Shown here piece by piece: positions 1 through 11,408 of a stretch of DNA of 64,000 nucleotides. A program made the position numbers and the translations under genes. A model generated the notes under the pieces. The model saw only the letters and a list, made by a program, of their open reading frames with translations, was not told where the DNA came from and did not search any database. The stretch lies in contig CAWFAK010000005.1 of NCBI GenBank assembly GCA_963813715.1, forward strand, positions 416,001-480,000, given 5' to 3'. The stretch is from an uncultured Planctomycetaceae bacterium. GTDB lineage: Bacteria; Planctomycetota; Planctomycetia; Planctomycetales; Planctomycetaceae. Positions within the stretch are counted from its first letter, which is position 1. Each line of letters begins with the position of its first letter.

Positions 1-29
1 GAATACTCCTCTAATGTGACAACACGAGG

Positions 30-1053
30 ATGTCTCACATGAACCTTCGACTAGGGTCGATGTCCGTCGCCTGCTGCGTGTTACTGAGCGGCCCGGTTTG
101 CGCCGTGGCTGGTGTGTCGGGACCGCTTGCCAGCAAGCTCGACGGTACGCCTCCGGCAATTCCCATCGGCGGCGAGTCGGCAAATGAGATCAAATCCAAG
201 ATGCGTTCTGGCGAAATCAAACAGATCACCCGCATCCCGCCGTTGCCGGACAAAGTCGAGGCCCAGCTCAACGTCAAATACGGCGAAGCGGGCAAGCCGC
301 TGCTCTTGGATCTCTACAAGCCCAAGGAGATGCAAAAGCCGGCCCCCGGCTTGATCTTCGTCCACGGCGGATCCTGGAGCCGCGGGAGTCGGAAGATCTA
401 CGGCTACTACTGCCAGCACTTTGCCGAAAAGGGATACGTCGCCGCGACGATCGAATACCGTCTGAGCGGCGAGGCTCCCGTTCCCGGCCGCCATTCAGGA
501 CGTGAATTGCGCGATCCGCTGGATGCGGGCAAACGCCGAGCGGCTGCACGTCGATCCGAACAAGATCGGCATTGTCGGCGGGTCAGCCGGCGGGCACCTG
601 GTTCTGCTGGCCGCCTATTCCCACACCGACGATCCGGAGCTCGAGGGCACGGGCGGGAACCCGGGCATCTCCAGCCGCGTGCAGGCGGTCATCGACTTTT
701 ATGGACCCATCGAGTTGAAGGCGAGCAAGTCCAACCCGAAGAGCGCCGTGTTGAAGTTCATGGGAGGCAAGTCGATCGACGAAGCCCCTGAGCAATACGC
801 CAAGGCGTCGCCCATCAACCACCTCACGAAAGGCGCGCCGCCCACCCTGATCATGCATGGCACCGTCGACGAGCTGGTGTCGATCGGGCAATCCGACCGC
901 TTAGCTGCCAAGCTGACGGAGCTGGGAGTGCCCTATCTCTACGACCGACAAGAAGGCTGGCATCACGCGATGGACGCCGTCGCGGTGGTCAACGCGCGAT
1001 GCGTCTGGCTGATGGACCAGTTCCTCGCGCAAGTGCTGCCCGTCACTAAGTAG
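30..1053 (+). CDS. Secreted alpha/beta hydrolase (esterase/lipase, BD-FAE-like), split by an apparent +1 frameshift near 478
   Basis: HGGSW oxyanion motif in ORF 30..791; GGSAGG nucleophile elbow, HGTVD and catalytic His in ORF 502..1053; removing one C at ~478 gives EAPFPAAIQDVNCAIRW. Confidence 0.85.
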
Positions 1054-1095
1054 CGCAGGACCGAAAGTCGTCCATCACCGAAAACGCGCAGCTCA

Positions 1096-1176
1096 CCCGA
1101 GCCGGGGGCGTCAGCCCCCCGAGCACAGCCGCTAAACCTTGGGAAGACCTCGGGGGGCTCATGGCCCCCGCTCGGA
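1096..1176. repeat. REP-like inverted doublet between convergent genes
   Basis: ccgagccgggggcgtcagccccccgag (~1097-1123) and an imperfect inverted partner ctcggggggctcatggcccccgctcggg (1149-1176). Confidence 0.6.
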
Positions 1177-1210
1177 GTCTGTTCGCACTGCGAGTCGCGC
1201 CGACTGCGCA

Positions 1211-3305
1211 TCAACCCGTCTGTGGCAGGTCGAGGGCCTTGCCGAATCGTTCGAGCACGCGAACCTTGAGCGGCGCCAGCTCGGGCTGGTCGAACTCGCC
1301 CGAGCGGACCAGGTCGAATGCCGCGCTGCGGGTCTCTTTGAGGATCGACTCGTCCCGCGTCAGATCGGCGACTCGCAGCGGCAGCTCGCCGTGTTGTCGC
1401 GTGCCTAGCACGTCGCCCGGGCCGCGGATGGCAAAATCGGCCTCGGCGATGGCGAAGCCGTCGGACGTCGTTTCGAGCGCCTCCAACCTCCGCTGCGCTT
1501 CGGGCGACTCGGCATCCGAAAACAGAAAACAATAACCCTGGAACTTCCCGCGACTGACGCGGCCCCGCAGTTGGTGCAGTTGCGACAGTCCGAAACGGTG
1601 GGCCTCGTCGATCACCATGATCGTCGCGTTGGGGACGTCGATGCCCACTTCGACGACGGTCGTCGACACAAGCACGTCGATCTTGCCGTTGCTGAACGCG
1701 GCCATCCCCGCCGCCTTCAGGTCCGAGTCGAGTCGGCCGTGAATCAGCCCCACGCGGAACTCCCGAAACGTTCCAGCGCTCAGCAGTTTGAAAACCTCTT
1801 CGGCACTGGCCGCCGGCCGCTTCGAGAGGTCGTCCGCCGTGGCTTCGATTCGCGGGCAAACCACGTAGGCCTGCCGGCCCTTCTGCAGCTGCTCCTTGAT
1901 GAACTGCCAGGCGCGGTCCCGCGTCGGCGCGTCGCTCACGCGGCTGGTGACGACTTTCTGTCGACCGGGGGGCGTGTCGACGATCGTCAGTCAGGTCCAG
2001 GTCGCCGAACTGGGTCAGGCACAGGCTGCGGGGGATCGGCGTGGCCGTCATCACCAGCACGTGCGGCGCCAGGTCGTTCGAGCCTTTGGAAAAGACGGCT
2101 CGCTGCATCACCCCGAACTTGTGCTGCTCGTCGATCACCACCAGGCCCAGCTTGGCGAACGTCACGTCTTTTTGAATCACGGCCTGCGTGCCGACGACCA
2201 GCGACACCGATCCGTCGGCAATGCCGGCCAGCGCGTCGCGCCGCTCGCGGGGGTTCAAGGCGCCGGTGAGCAAGAGTCGATTGACTCGGCTGTGAGCGAG
2301 CGCTTTGTCGATCGTCTGCCAATGCTGGTTGGCGAGCACCTCGGTCGGCGCCATGAAGACGGCCTGATGACCGGCGGCGACCGCCACCAAAATCGCGTAG
2401 AGAGCGACGGCCGTTTTGCCCGCGCCGACCTCGGCCTGCAGCAGGCGATGCATGGCTTCGCCCGACTCCAGGTCGCGCGAGATCTCCGCGACGGCTCGAC
2501 TCTGTCCCTCGGTGAAGGTGAACGGGAACAGCCGGCGGATCCGCGCGTCGATCTTGGCCGTCGTCGGCAGCACGGGGGCGGCGCCGCGGGTCTTCCAGCT
2601 CCGCCGCCGCATCGCCAGCCCGAGCTGAAACTCGAACAAGTCGTCGAAGATCAAGCGGCGACGGCCCGATTCGAACTCGGCCACCGACTTTGGCAGATGC
2701 AGCTCGCGGATCGCCTGTTTCAGTCCGCACACTCCCAGCCGCTCGCGCAGCTCGGCCGGCAGCGGATCGGGAACGAATTCGACGAACTGCTCGACGGCCG
2801 ACCGCACGATCTTTCGCAACAGGTCCTGCGACAGTCCCTCGGTCAACCGGTAGAGGGGCAACACCTCGCCGCGGGTCTCTGCGTCGGCGTCGCCGATCAA
2901 CTGGGCTCGCGGATGCGAAAATTCCCAGCGGCCCGCGTTCCGCTTGGGCTTGCCGGAAAAGAGGACCGACTCGCCGACCTGGAACTTGTGCATCATCCAG
3001 GGCTGATTGAACCAGAGCCCGCGGACGTAGAGGCCGTCGCTGTCGATCAGCACGCCGACCAGGTTGCGGCCGTTGCTCGTCATGCGACCGTCGCGATCGA
3101 CGACGGTCCCCCGCACGGTTTGCAACTCGCCCGCGCGGAGCTCGCTGGCCCGACAGACATTCGTCAGGTCGAGCACGTCGCGCGGCAGGTTCCAGAGCAG
3201 GTCTTCGACTGTGACCAGGTCCAGGTTGGCCAGCAGCCGTGCCCGATCGGGCCCTACGCCTTTGAGGAACTGTACCGGTGTTTGGAGAGGCGAATCTGCG
3301 TTCAT
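1211..3305 (-). CDS. recG: ATP-dependent DNA helicase RecG (frameshift near 1990)
   Basis: LKGVGP N-terminus, MHRLLQAEVGAGKT, DEQHKFG, MTATPIPRSL, then FGLSQLHQLRGRV and RGPGDVLGTRQHG in ORF 1211..1939. Confidence 0.95.
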
Positions 3306-3451
3306 GGGTCCGATGGTGGCGCAATTATAGTCGGGCGGTCCGTCCGGAGAGCTTTTTGGAAGCCTCCGCATTATGCTGCAGGAAGCCGTTTTTGCATCCA
3401 CTGTTTGACCGCCAACCGCAACCAATCGCGCTTGGTTCCGGAGAATTGCTG

Positions 3452-5609
3452 ATGCGTTCGCTCGTTTATGCTGCGGTTTTCGCGATCGGTGCCATTCTGC
3501 CTCTCGCGGGCGCTCGAGGCGATGATCCGCCCGCCGATCGTCCGCTGCTGAAGGGCTCCGTCACTATTTATCGCGACACCTGGGGCGTGCCGCACATCTT
3601 CGCCAAGACGCCGGGCGAGGGAGCCTACGGACTGGGTTACGTCCAGGCCCAGGACCGGCTCGACGATATCTACAAGAACCTGCGCACGGGCCTGGGCCGC
3701 ATGGCGGAAGCCTTCGGCGGGAAGAAGCTGGCCGACCAGGACTACATCATGAAGCTCTGCCGCAACGAGGAGCTGGCCAAGGAATATTGGACGAAGGCAC
3801 CTCCGCACGTGAAGGACGTCTGCAGCGGCTTCGTCGCGGGCGTCGAGCGGTATATCGGCGAGCATCCCGAAAAGGTGCCGACGTTTGCCATCAAGCTCGA
3901 GCCGTGGCAGGTGCTGACGGTCGGCCGTGCGATGACCCTCAATTGGCCGCTGGGGACGATCAAGGACGACCTCGAGCGCGGGCAGAAAAAACAGCACGCC
4001 GGCAAGAACGTGCCCATGCGGTCCAACCAGTGGTGCGTGTCTCCGTCGCGCTCGGCCGACAAAGTTCCCATTCTCCTGGCCGACCCGCACCTCGACTGGG
4101 AGGGGATGGCCGTGATGTACGAGGCTCGCGTGCACGCGGGCGATCTGCAGATGAACGGCTTTTTCCTCGTTGGCGGACCGACGCTGGGGATTGGACACAA
4201 TCAGCACGTCGGTTGGGCGCTGACCACCGGCGGGCCCGACACGTCCGACGTTTACCAGATGAAGTTTCGCATGTCGCCCAAGCCGCAGTACGAGTACGAC
4301 GGCCAATGGCGCGACGCCAAGATCACGTTCATCCAGGTCCTCGTCAAAGACTCGACGCCCGATGTTTCGCCCGGCGATGTACACGCATCTTGGGCCGGTG
4401 ATCTCGGCGCCTGATCGTAAGACGGGCATCGCCTTCGTGGGGGCGTCTCCTTACTTCGACGCGATGGGACTCTCGGAACAGTTCTACAAGATGGCGATGG
4501 CCAAGAACGTGCACGACGTTTACAACGCCCTTGGCATGAATCAGTACAACGAACAGAACGTGATGTTCGCCGACGACAGCGGTTCGATCGCCTACGTGCG
4601 CAACGGCGCCACGCCGATTCGTCCCGAGGGCTACGACTGGAGCATGCCCGTGCCGGGCACGACTTCCGCCACGGCCTGGAAAGGCATCCATCCGATCGAC
4701 GACCTGGTGCACATCTTCAATCCGGCCGCCGGCTACATGCAGAACTGCAACATCAGCCCGCAGAACATGATGGTCGGCTCGCCGCTGACTCCCGACAAGT
4801 ATCCGCGTTACATCTACAACGTGTCGTGGGATGACAACAATCCGCGCGGCAAGCGGATCACCCACTTGCTCAATGCCGATCACTGCGTCACGCAGGAGGA
4901 CGCGAAGCGGTTCACGACCGACGTGAAAGACATCCTCGCCGAGATGTGGAAAGCGACGCTGCAGACGGCCGTTTCGACCGTCGGCGCCGAGCACATGAAA
5001 GACCCGGAGTTCGCCGCCGCCGTCAAAGCGATCGAGGCCTGGGACGGTTTTTATCTTCCCGAGTACAAAGCGACGGCACTCTACAAATTCTGGCGGCTCA
5101 AGTGCGGCGACAAGCTCAACCTCACTCCGCTGGGCCAGGGCAAGCCGCTCGACGAGGCGACGAACAAGCAGCTGCTCGACTTGCTCGCGACAACCATCGC
5201 CGAGATGAAGACCCGTTACGGCAAATGGGACGTGGCCTGGGGCGACGTCCACAAGGTGGGCCGTGGCGGCGTCTACTTCCCGGTGGGCGGCTGCGATTAC
5301 GAATCAGGCGACAAGGCGGCGAACTTCACCGAAACGTTATTCGACGTCAAATCGAAAGAAGATCCGAAGCAGCCGGGCCGTTACATCGCCATGAACGGCT
5401 CGATGGCCACGATCCTGATGTTCTTTCACAAGGACGGCGTGCGGTCGTTCACGGTCACGCCCTGGGGGGAGAGCTCCGATCCCAAGTCGCCGCACTATAT
5501 GGATCAGGGTGAAAAGCTCTACTCGAAGCGGCAGATGAAGCCGACGTGGTGGAACGAAGCGGAGCTGAAAGAGCACGTCGAATCGAAGACCGTGCTCGAG
5601 ATTCGTTGA
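3452..5609 (+). CDS. Penicillin acylase family (Ntn hydrolase) with signal peptide (frameshift near 4360)
   Basis: IYRDTWGVPHI, YGLGYVQAQDRL, SNQW beta-chain nucleophile, LLADPHL, GESSDPKSPHYMDQ. Confidence 0.9.
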
Positions 5610-5624
5610 CGACCAGTGCACCCC

Positions 5625-7058
5625 ATGACTGAAGCAGTGCCGGCAGAGCTGAAATCGCGTCTGGAGCCCCACGGGCAAACGCACGTCCTGCGCTGGTGGG
5701 GTGAGTTGTCGAGCGGCGAGCGGCAGCGACTGGCACGGCAGATCGAATCGCTCGATCTGCCGCGGGTCGCCGCGCTCTGGGCCTCGCGACAGCAGGCGGG
5801 CCAAAAATCGCCGGCGGAAGATCTCGCCGAGATTGCGCGGCGGGCCGTGCCGCCGGCGTCGATCGTGCGACTGCCGCAGACGCCGGCCGCGCGTGCCGAA
5901 TGGCAGCGGGCGCACGAAATCGGCGAGGGGCTGCTCAAAGCCGGTCAGGTCGGCGCGATTCTGGTGGCGGGAGGGCAGGGGACGCGGCTCGGGTTCGACA
6001 AGCCCAAAGGCATGTTCCCGATCGGCCCGGTGAGTCACGCCACTCTCTTCCAGATTCTCGCCGAGCAACTGCTGGCGCGCTCGCGGCGGGCGGGGAAACC
6101 GATCCCCTACTTCGTCATGACCAGCGACGCCACGCATGAAGAGACGGTCGCGTTTTTCAACGAGCACAAGTTCTTCGGCCTGCCAGCCGGCGACGTCTTT
6201 TTCTTCGAGCAGGGCAATATGCCTGCCGTCGACGCGGCCACCGGCCAGCTGCTGCTGTCCGAGAAAGGCTCGCTGAGCACGAGTCCCGACGGACACGGCG
6301 GAATGCTTGCGGCGCTCGCCAAAGCCGGCTTGCTCGACGAGATGCGGCGGCGGGGCATCGAGTTTCTGCACTATCACCAGGTCGACAATCCGACGGCCAT
6401 CGTCTGCGATCCGGTCTTCCTCGGCTTTCATGCCGAGCGGGGCGCGGAAATGTCGATCAAGGTCGTCGCCAAGCGGTCGGCCGGCGAGCGGATGGGCGTG
6501 GCGGTCGACGTCGACGGCCGCACGCAGATCATCGAGTACAGCGACCTGCCCGCCGACGTCGCCGCGCAGACCGACGAGCGGGGCGAGCTGCTCTTGTGGG
6601 CGGGCAGCACGGCCATCCACGTCTTCAGTCGCTCGTTTCTCGATCGCGTGGCCCACAGCGACGCGGCTCTTCCGTTTCATATCGCTCACAAGAAAGTTCC
6701 CTACTGCGACGAGCAGGGGACAGCCGTCGCACCCCAGCGGGAGAACGCCTACAAGTTCGAGCGATTCATTTTCGACGCCCTGCCGGCCGCCCAGCGGTCG
6801 CTGGTGCTGGAGACCGATCGCGCGCGTGAGTTCAATCCGGTCAAGAACGCCGGCGGCGACGATTCGCCCGACACGGCTCGCGCGGCGCTCGTGCGACTGC
6901 ATCAGGGTTGGTTGCGCGAGGCGGGCGCGGTCGTCGACGATCAGACGCCTGTCGAGATCAGCCCGCTCTTTGCCCTCGACGCGGAGGACGTGCGAACGAA
7001 GGTCGCAGGCGGCACCCGCGTGGCCCAACCGACGTTTTTCGGTCCGCCGAAATCCTGA
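5625..7058 (+). CDS. UDPGP type 1 family nucleotidyltransferase (UAP1-like UDP-GlcNAc pyrophosphorylase)
   Basis: AGGQGTRLG..PKG, SPDGHGG, QVDN, IIEYSD, KFERFIFD, EFNPVKN. Confidence 0.9.
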   Translation: MTEAVPAELKSRLEPHGQTHVLRWWGELSSGERQRLARQIESLDLPRVAALWASRQQAGQKSPAEDLAEIARRAVPPASIVRLPQTPAARAEWQRAHEIGEGLLKAGQVGAILVAGGQGTRLGFDKPKGMFPIGPVSHATLFQILAEQLLARSRRAGKPIPYFVMTSDATHEETVAFFNEHKFFGLPAGDVFFFEQGNMPAVDAATGQLLLSEKGSLSTSPDGHGGMLAALAKAGLLDEMRRRGIEFLHYHQVDNPTAIVCDPVFLGFHAERGAEMSIKVVAKRSAGERMGVAVDVDGRTQIIEYSDLPADVAAQTDERGELLLWAGSTAIHVFSRSFLDRVAHSDAALPFHIAHKKVPYCDEQGTAVAPQRENAYKFERFIFDALPAAQRSLVLETDRAREFNPVKNAGGDDSPDTARAALVRLHQGWLREAGAVVDDQTPVEISPLFALDAEDVRTKVAGGTRVAQPTFFGPPKS

Positions 7059-7109
7059 CTGCCAGAATCCTAATATCGCAAAACCTGAGAACCGTTCGAG
7101 CCCTTTGAA

Positions 7110-8186
7110 ATGTTGCACGCAGTGATTATGGCCGGAGGCAGTGGAACGCGGTTCTGGCCGGCGAGCCGCGCCAACCGGCCCAAGCAGTTCTTGCCGCTCT
7201 TTGGCGACGAAACGTTGCTGCAGGCGACCGTGCGGCGGATTGCCGACTGGATCGGCGGCGACCGCACGCTGATCGTGACGAACCAGGCCCACGCGGCCGA
7301 GACGGCCCGCGAGCTGCCCGCGGTTCCCGCCGCGAACATCGTCCGCGAGCCGTGCGGACGAAACACGGCACCCTGCATCGGCCTGGCCGCCATGCTGATC
7401 GCCCAGCGCGACCCCAACGGCGTGATGCTGGTGATGCCGGCCGACCATCGCATCGAACGGGCCGAGTGGTTTCACGAAGCCGTCGAGCGAGCGGTGGCCA
7501 TCGTCGAGCGAGAGCCGGCGCTCGTGCTCTTCGGCATCCGCCCGAGTTATCCGTCGGTCAGTTTTGGCTACCTGGAGCGGGGCGCGGCGCTCGGCGGCCG
7601 CGAAGGCGCGTTCCGCGTGGCCTCGTTTCGCGAAAAGCCCGACCGCGCCAAGGCGGAGGAATTCCTCGCCGCGGGAAGCTTTTTCTGGAACAGCGGCATC
7701 TTCGTCTGGAAGGCAGCGACGATTCTCGAGGCCCTGCGGCGCTTCGAGCCGTCGATCTACGATCGGCTGGCCGGCTTGCGGCCGCATCTGAACACGGAGA
7801 ACTGGGACCGCGTGTTGGCCGCTGAGTTTCCCAGCGTCAAAGCGATCTCCATCGATTACGGGGTGCTCGAGCGGGCCGACAACGTGCTGATGATCGAAGC
7901 CCCGTTCGACTGGGACGACGTCGGCAGCTGGCAGGCGTTGGGGCGACAAGCGGCACAAACGGGAGACGCCGACGACAACCGCGCGCAGGGGTTGTTTTGC
8001 AGCGTCGACAGCCACGGCTGCATCGTGCGGACGACCGGCGATCACCTGGTGGCGACGATCGGCATGACCGATTGCATCGTTGTCCACACACCCGACGCGA
8101 CGCTGGTCGCGCGCAAGGATGACGAAGAGAGCATTCGCCGCCTCGTTCAGGCCCTCAGAGAACGCGGGTATGAGCGATTCCTCTAA
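7110..8186 (+). CDS. manC: Mannose-1-phosphate guanylyltransferase
   Basis: IMAGGSGTRFWP.SR..PKQF, EPCGRNTAP, PADH, FREKP, WNSG, SIDYGVLE, WDDVGSW. Confidence 0.92.
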   Translation: MLHAVIMAGGSGTRFWPASRANRPKQFLPLFGDETLLQATVRRIADWIGGDRTLIVTNQAHAAETARELPAVPAANIVREPCGRNTAPCIGLAAMLIAQRDPNGVMLVMPADHRIERAEWFHEAVERAVAIVEREPALVLFGIRPSYPSVSFGYLERGAALGGREGAFRVASFREKPDRAKAEEFLAAGSFFWNSGIFVWKAATILEALRRFEPSIYDRLAGLRPHLNTENWDRVLAAEFPSVKAISIDYGVLERADNVLMIEAPFDWDDVGSWQALGRQAAQTGDADDNRAQGLFCSVDSHGCIVRTTGDHLVATIGMTDCIVVHTPDATLVARKDDEESIRRLVQALRERGYERFL

Positions 8187-8712
8187 CGGTCCGGCCGAGT
8201 TTGGTGCGCCCGAGCCCGGTGCGCCTGACGGGAGTTCCACGGCCGCAAGTCGGGACCCGCACGCTGCGCCACTGACGGTGCCGCGCCGGGGCCGATTGCT
8301 CGGGCTCGACTATGGCACGGTGCGGGTCGGCCTGGCCGTGACGGAAGAGGAGCAGCGGGTGGCAGTCCCGCTCGAGACTTATACCCGCCGCAACCGGGAG
8401 CAGGACGCCCGGCATCTGGCCGCCGTGATCCGCGATCATCGCATCGTCGGACTGGTCATCGGTTTGCCGCTGCACATGGGGGGCGAAGAGGGCCAAAAAG
8501 CCGGAGAAGCCCGGCGTTTTGGGGCGTGGGCCGGAGACGTCGCCGGCTTGCCGATCACCTTTTGGGACGAGCGGCTGAGCACCTCGCAGGCGGACGAGCA
8601 TTTGGCGGCGGCCAACTTGAAGCCGAAAAAGCGCAAGTTGCTGCGGGACAAAATCGCCGCCCAGATCATGCTGCAGTCGTATCTCGATTCGCAGCAACAC
8701 TCGTCCCGGTAA
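8170..8712 (+). CDS. ruvX: Holliday junction resolvase RuvX / YqgF
   Basis: LGLDYGTVRVGLA, VIGLP, WDERLST, DKIAAQIMLQSYL. Confidence 0.92.
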   Translation: MSDSSNGPAEFGAPEPGAPDGSSTAASRDPHAAPLTVPRRGRLLGLDYGTVRVGLAVTEEEQRVAVPLETYTRRNREQDARHLAAVIRDHRIVGLVIGLPLHMGGEEGQKAGEARRFGAWAGDVAGLPITFWDERLSTSQADEHLAAANLKPKKRKLLRDKIAAQIMLQSYLDSQQHSSR

Positions 8713-8814
8713 GCGTTTTCACCGTGCTTTGTTCCCGGCCGAAGGCTTGCGAAATGCTGAAGTCGGCTGGTTGCACCTTTCGCCGGCGCAAAAAAGAGAT
8801 ACTTTGGAATTGGG

Positions 8815-9483
8815 GTGGGGTTCAATTCATTGGACGATGGGCCGGGGGTAGAGGCCTTGAGTTCGGCGGCTCCGAGCGGCACGCAGCGCACGGTTTTTCT
8901 CCGTGATCCGGACGTTCAGCTGATGCTGCGCGCCAAGGCCGGAGACGACAACGCGTTTGGGCAGCTCGTCACCGGGTATCAGGATCGTTTGCTCAGCATT
9001 TTCTACCATCTGCTGCGGGACCAGGCGGCCGCGGAAGATTTGGTGCAAGAAGTCTTTCTGCGAATTTACCGCGCCCGCAACGGTTACCAGCCGACGGCGA
9101 AGTTTTCGACCTGGTTGTTCCGCATCGCCAACAACGTGGCCAGCAACGCCCGGCGAACCATCGGCCGGCGTAAAGAGGTGCCGCTCGTTCAGGAATCGGG
9201 ATCGGTGCCGTCGGTCGGCACGAAGAAAAAAGTCATCAGCGACCGTTCGTCGCTGATTCCGACGCGGCAGCTCGTGAAACGGGAGACGTGCGAGATCGTG
9301 CAGACGGCGCTCGACACCCTCAACGAGCGCCAACGCCTGGCGGTGCTGTTGCACAAATTCGAGGGGATGAGTTACGAGGACATCGGTGAGGCGATGTCGC
9401 TTTCCACCGAGGCAGTCAAGTCGCTCTTGGCACGGGCCCGCGAGAACCTGCGGACCCAGTTGGAACCCCACTTGAAATCGTAG
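8815..9483 (+). CDS. ECF RNA polymerase sigma factor
   Basis: AEDLVQEVFL, FSTWLFRIANN (region 2); GMSYEDIGEAM..S..AVKSLLARAR (region 4). Confidence 0.92.
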   Translation: MGFNSLDDGPGVEALSSAAPSGTQRTVFLRDPDVQLMLRAKAGDDNAFGQLVTGYQDRLLSIFYHLLRDQAAAEDLVQEVFLRIYRARNGYQPTAKFSTWLFRIANNVASNARRTIGRRKEVPLVQESGSVPSVGTKKKVISDRSSLIPTRQLVKRETCEIVQTALDTLNERQRLAVLLHKFEGMSYEDIGEAMSLSTEAVKSLLARARENLRTQLEPHLKS

Positions 9484-9552
9484 CGGCTCTGGTGCGTCAG
9501 CCGACGCGCCCCGTGGATCGAAGCCGCGAAGGCCGCTCGTTTCTGCCGAACG

Positions 9553-10068
9553 ATGCAGAAGATCCCCCGACTAACTCAAGACCAGCGATCAAACCTGGTC
9601 GCCTATCTCGACGGCGAATTGCCCGAGCCGGCGGTCAAGGAGATCGACCAGGTGCTCTCCAAGAGCCCGGCGGTCCGTCACGACGTCGAGATGCTCGCCC
9701 GCACGTGGGACCTGCTCGATCAGTTGCCCCGCCTGGCGACCGAAGAAGACTTCACCGCCCGCACGCTGTCGGTCGCCCAACAGGAAGAGGCGCCCCGCCC
9801 CCTTTTGCCCTCGAGCGTGAGCGAGCGGCTGCAAAGCCGTCAGTTGCGCCGCGGCGGCATTCTGTTGATCTGGCTGGCGGTGCTGGCAGCGAGCGCCTTC
9901 CTCGGTTACTCCGCCACGGCCCATTGGGTCCCCGATCAATCGGAGGACCTGTTGCGCAACTTGGAGGTCGTCGAGAAGCTGGACTTGTACCGCAACGTCG
10001 AATCGCTCGATTTCCTCAAACAGCTCGACGAAAAGATCGGAACCTTTGATGCCCAGCCCAAGCGGTAG
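9553..10068 (+). CDS. Putative membrane anti-sigma factor
   Basis: Follows the ECF gene; LVAYLDGEL anti-sigma-type N-terminus and one TM helix. Confidence 0.75.
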   Translation: MQKIPRLTQDQRSNLVAYLDGELPEPAVKEIDQVLSKSPAVRHDVEMLARTWDLLDQLPRLATEEDFTARTLSVAQQEEAPRPLLPSSVSERLQSRQLRRGGILLIWLAVLAASAFLGYSATAHWVPDQSEDLLRNLEVVEKLDLYRNVESLDFLKQLDEKIGTFDAQPKR

Positions 10069-11059
10069 CCGCACGGCGGGGATCATCGGTCCCCTGGCTG
10101 CAATTTTCGCAGTGACGTTCCTCTGCGGGACGACGCCCGACGAGTCGCGGCTGCTCGCCGAGCGGCGGACGCGCATCGCCGGGATGACGCATGCCGAAGT
10201 TGAACAGTTGCGGCGGAATTACGACGAGTTCCGCAAGTTGTCACCCGAACGGCGCAAGGCTCTGCAAGAGTTGGATGACGAGGTTAAGCAGGACACGGCC
10301 AACGGCGGCCACCTGCTCAAGCTGATGACCGATTACAACCGCTGGCTGTCGACCCTGTCGCCGTTCGACCAGGAGCGGATCCTCAGCAAGACCGACCCGG
10401 TCGAACGGGCCCAACTCGTCCACGAGATTCGCGAGGAGCAGCAGAAACGCCTGGCGACGACGGGAATCGACGCGGGCGGACGGCCGGCGCTCGCACTGGA
10501 CCCGGCGGAATTCGAAACGATGTTGAAAGCCGTCGAGGACAATTTCCTCACCCCCGAAGTGCGCAAGAAGATCCCTGAACAGCTGACGGGCCGCGAACGC
10601 CATCTCCGGATTCTCAAGGCGGCCCAGCAGCAGGCCCACAGCGCGGCCGCCAGTCAGACGCTCGTGCAAACGCTGCTGGAGGCCATTCCCAACGACAGCC
10701 TCAAAGCCCGGATCATGAAGCAAGCGCCGCGAACGCCCCGGCGTCTCTTGGGGCAGGTGATGAGCCGCTCGCTCGCCGGCGAGTGGTGGGACGAAATTCG
10801 GGCCGTTTACCCAAAGCCGGCCGCCATCGAGGAAGAGATCAATCGTCGGTTGGCGATCGCTCCCGCCGGGAAACGCGATCAGCAGAAGCCGCAGTTCAGC
10901 TCCAGGCAGGGAAAACGCATGATCGGCGTGCAGCTCGCGCTGGCTAACGACGATCAATTCAAAGAGCTGCGGCTCGGTCTTTATGTGGCTTTCGGGCGGG
11001 CTGCAACATCGGAATGGCCGCGGCCAGTCGGCCCCAGGATCGGCCACAGTGCCCGATGA
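10049..11059 (+). CDS. Hypothetical exported helical protein, third gene of the ECF cluster (3' end may extend to ~11105 via a frameshift)
   Basis: Overlaps the anti-sigma stop; N-terminal hydrophobic segment; helical FRKLSPERRKAL-type segments. Confidence 0.65.
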   Translation: MPSPSGSRTAGIIGPLAAIFAVTFLCGTTPDESRLLAERRTRIAGMTHAEVEQLRRNYDEFRKLSPERRKALQELDDEVKQDTANGGHLLKLMTDYNRWLSTLSPFDQERILSKTDPVERAQLVHEIREEQQKRLATTGIDAGGRPALALDPAEFETMLKAVEDNFLTPEVRKKIPEQLTGRERHLRILKAAQQQAHSAAASQTLVQTLLEAIPNDSLKARIMKQAPRTPRRLLGQVMSRSLAGEWWDEIRAVYPKPAAIEEEINRRLAIAPAGKRDQQKPQFSSRQGKRMIGVQLALANDDQFKELRLGLYVAFGRAATSEWPRPVGPRIGHSAR

Positions 11060-11131
11060 ATCGCGGACGGACGAAGCTGAGGGCAAGGCGAAGTCGGCCG
11101 AGTGACCGGCGCCTGCCGTGCTACGCAGTGC

Positions 11132-11401
11132 TCAGCGAGCGGCAGAGCCGTCGGAATGCGTCGGCCCGCGACCGTTCAGCGCGTCTCCCGCTGCCGCAGG
11201 GCCCAGATTGAGCGTGACCAAAGGTTTGGCGGGTGAAGCCGTCGAGCCTTCGTGAACCGGGCACGAGGCACAGCCGCTCCCCGCGCGCGCGGAGCCCGTC
11301 CATAATCGCCAGCTGCGGCGGCCCAGGACGAACAGTGCGGCCGCGACGAAAATCAGGGCGACCAGTTGTTGCCAATCCCAAGTCAAGGTTACGTCCCGCA
11401 A
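11132..11401 (-). CDS. FeoB-associated Cys-rich small membrane protein
   Basis: WQQLVALIFVAAA TM helix followed by GSGCASC, directly downstream of feoB. Confidence 0.75.
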   Translation of the reverse strand: MRDVTLTWDWQQLVALIFVAAALFVLGRRSWRLWTGSARAGSGCASCPVHEGSTASPAKPLVTLNLGPAAAGDALNGRGPTHSDGSAAR

Positions 11402-11408
11402 ATCGTTG

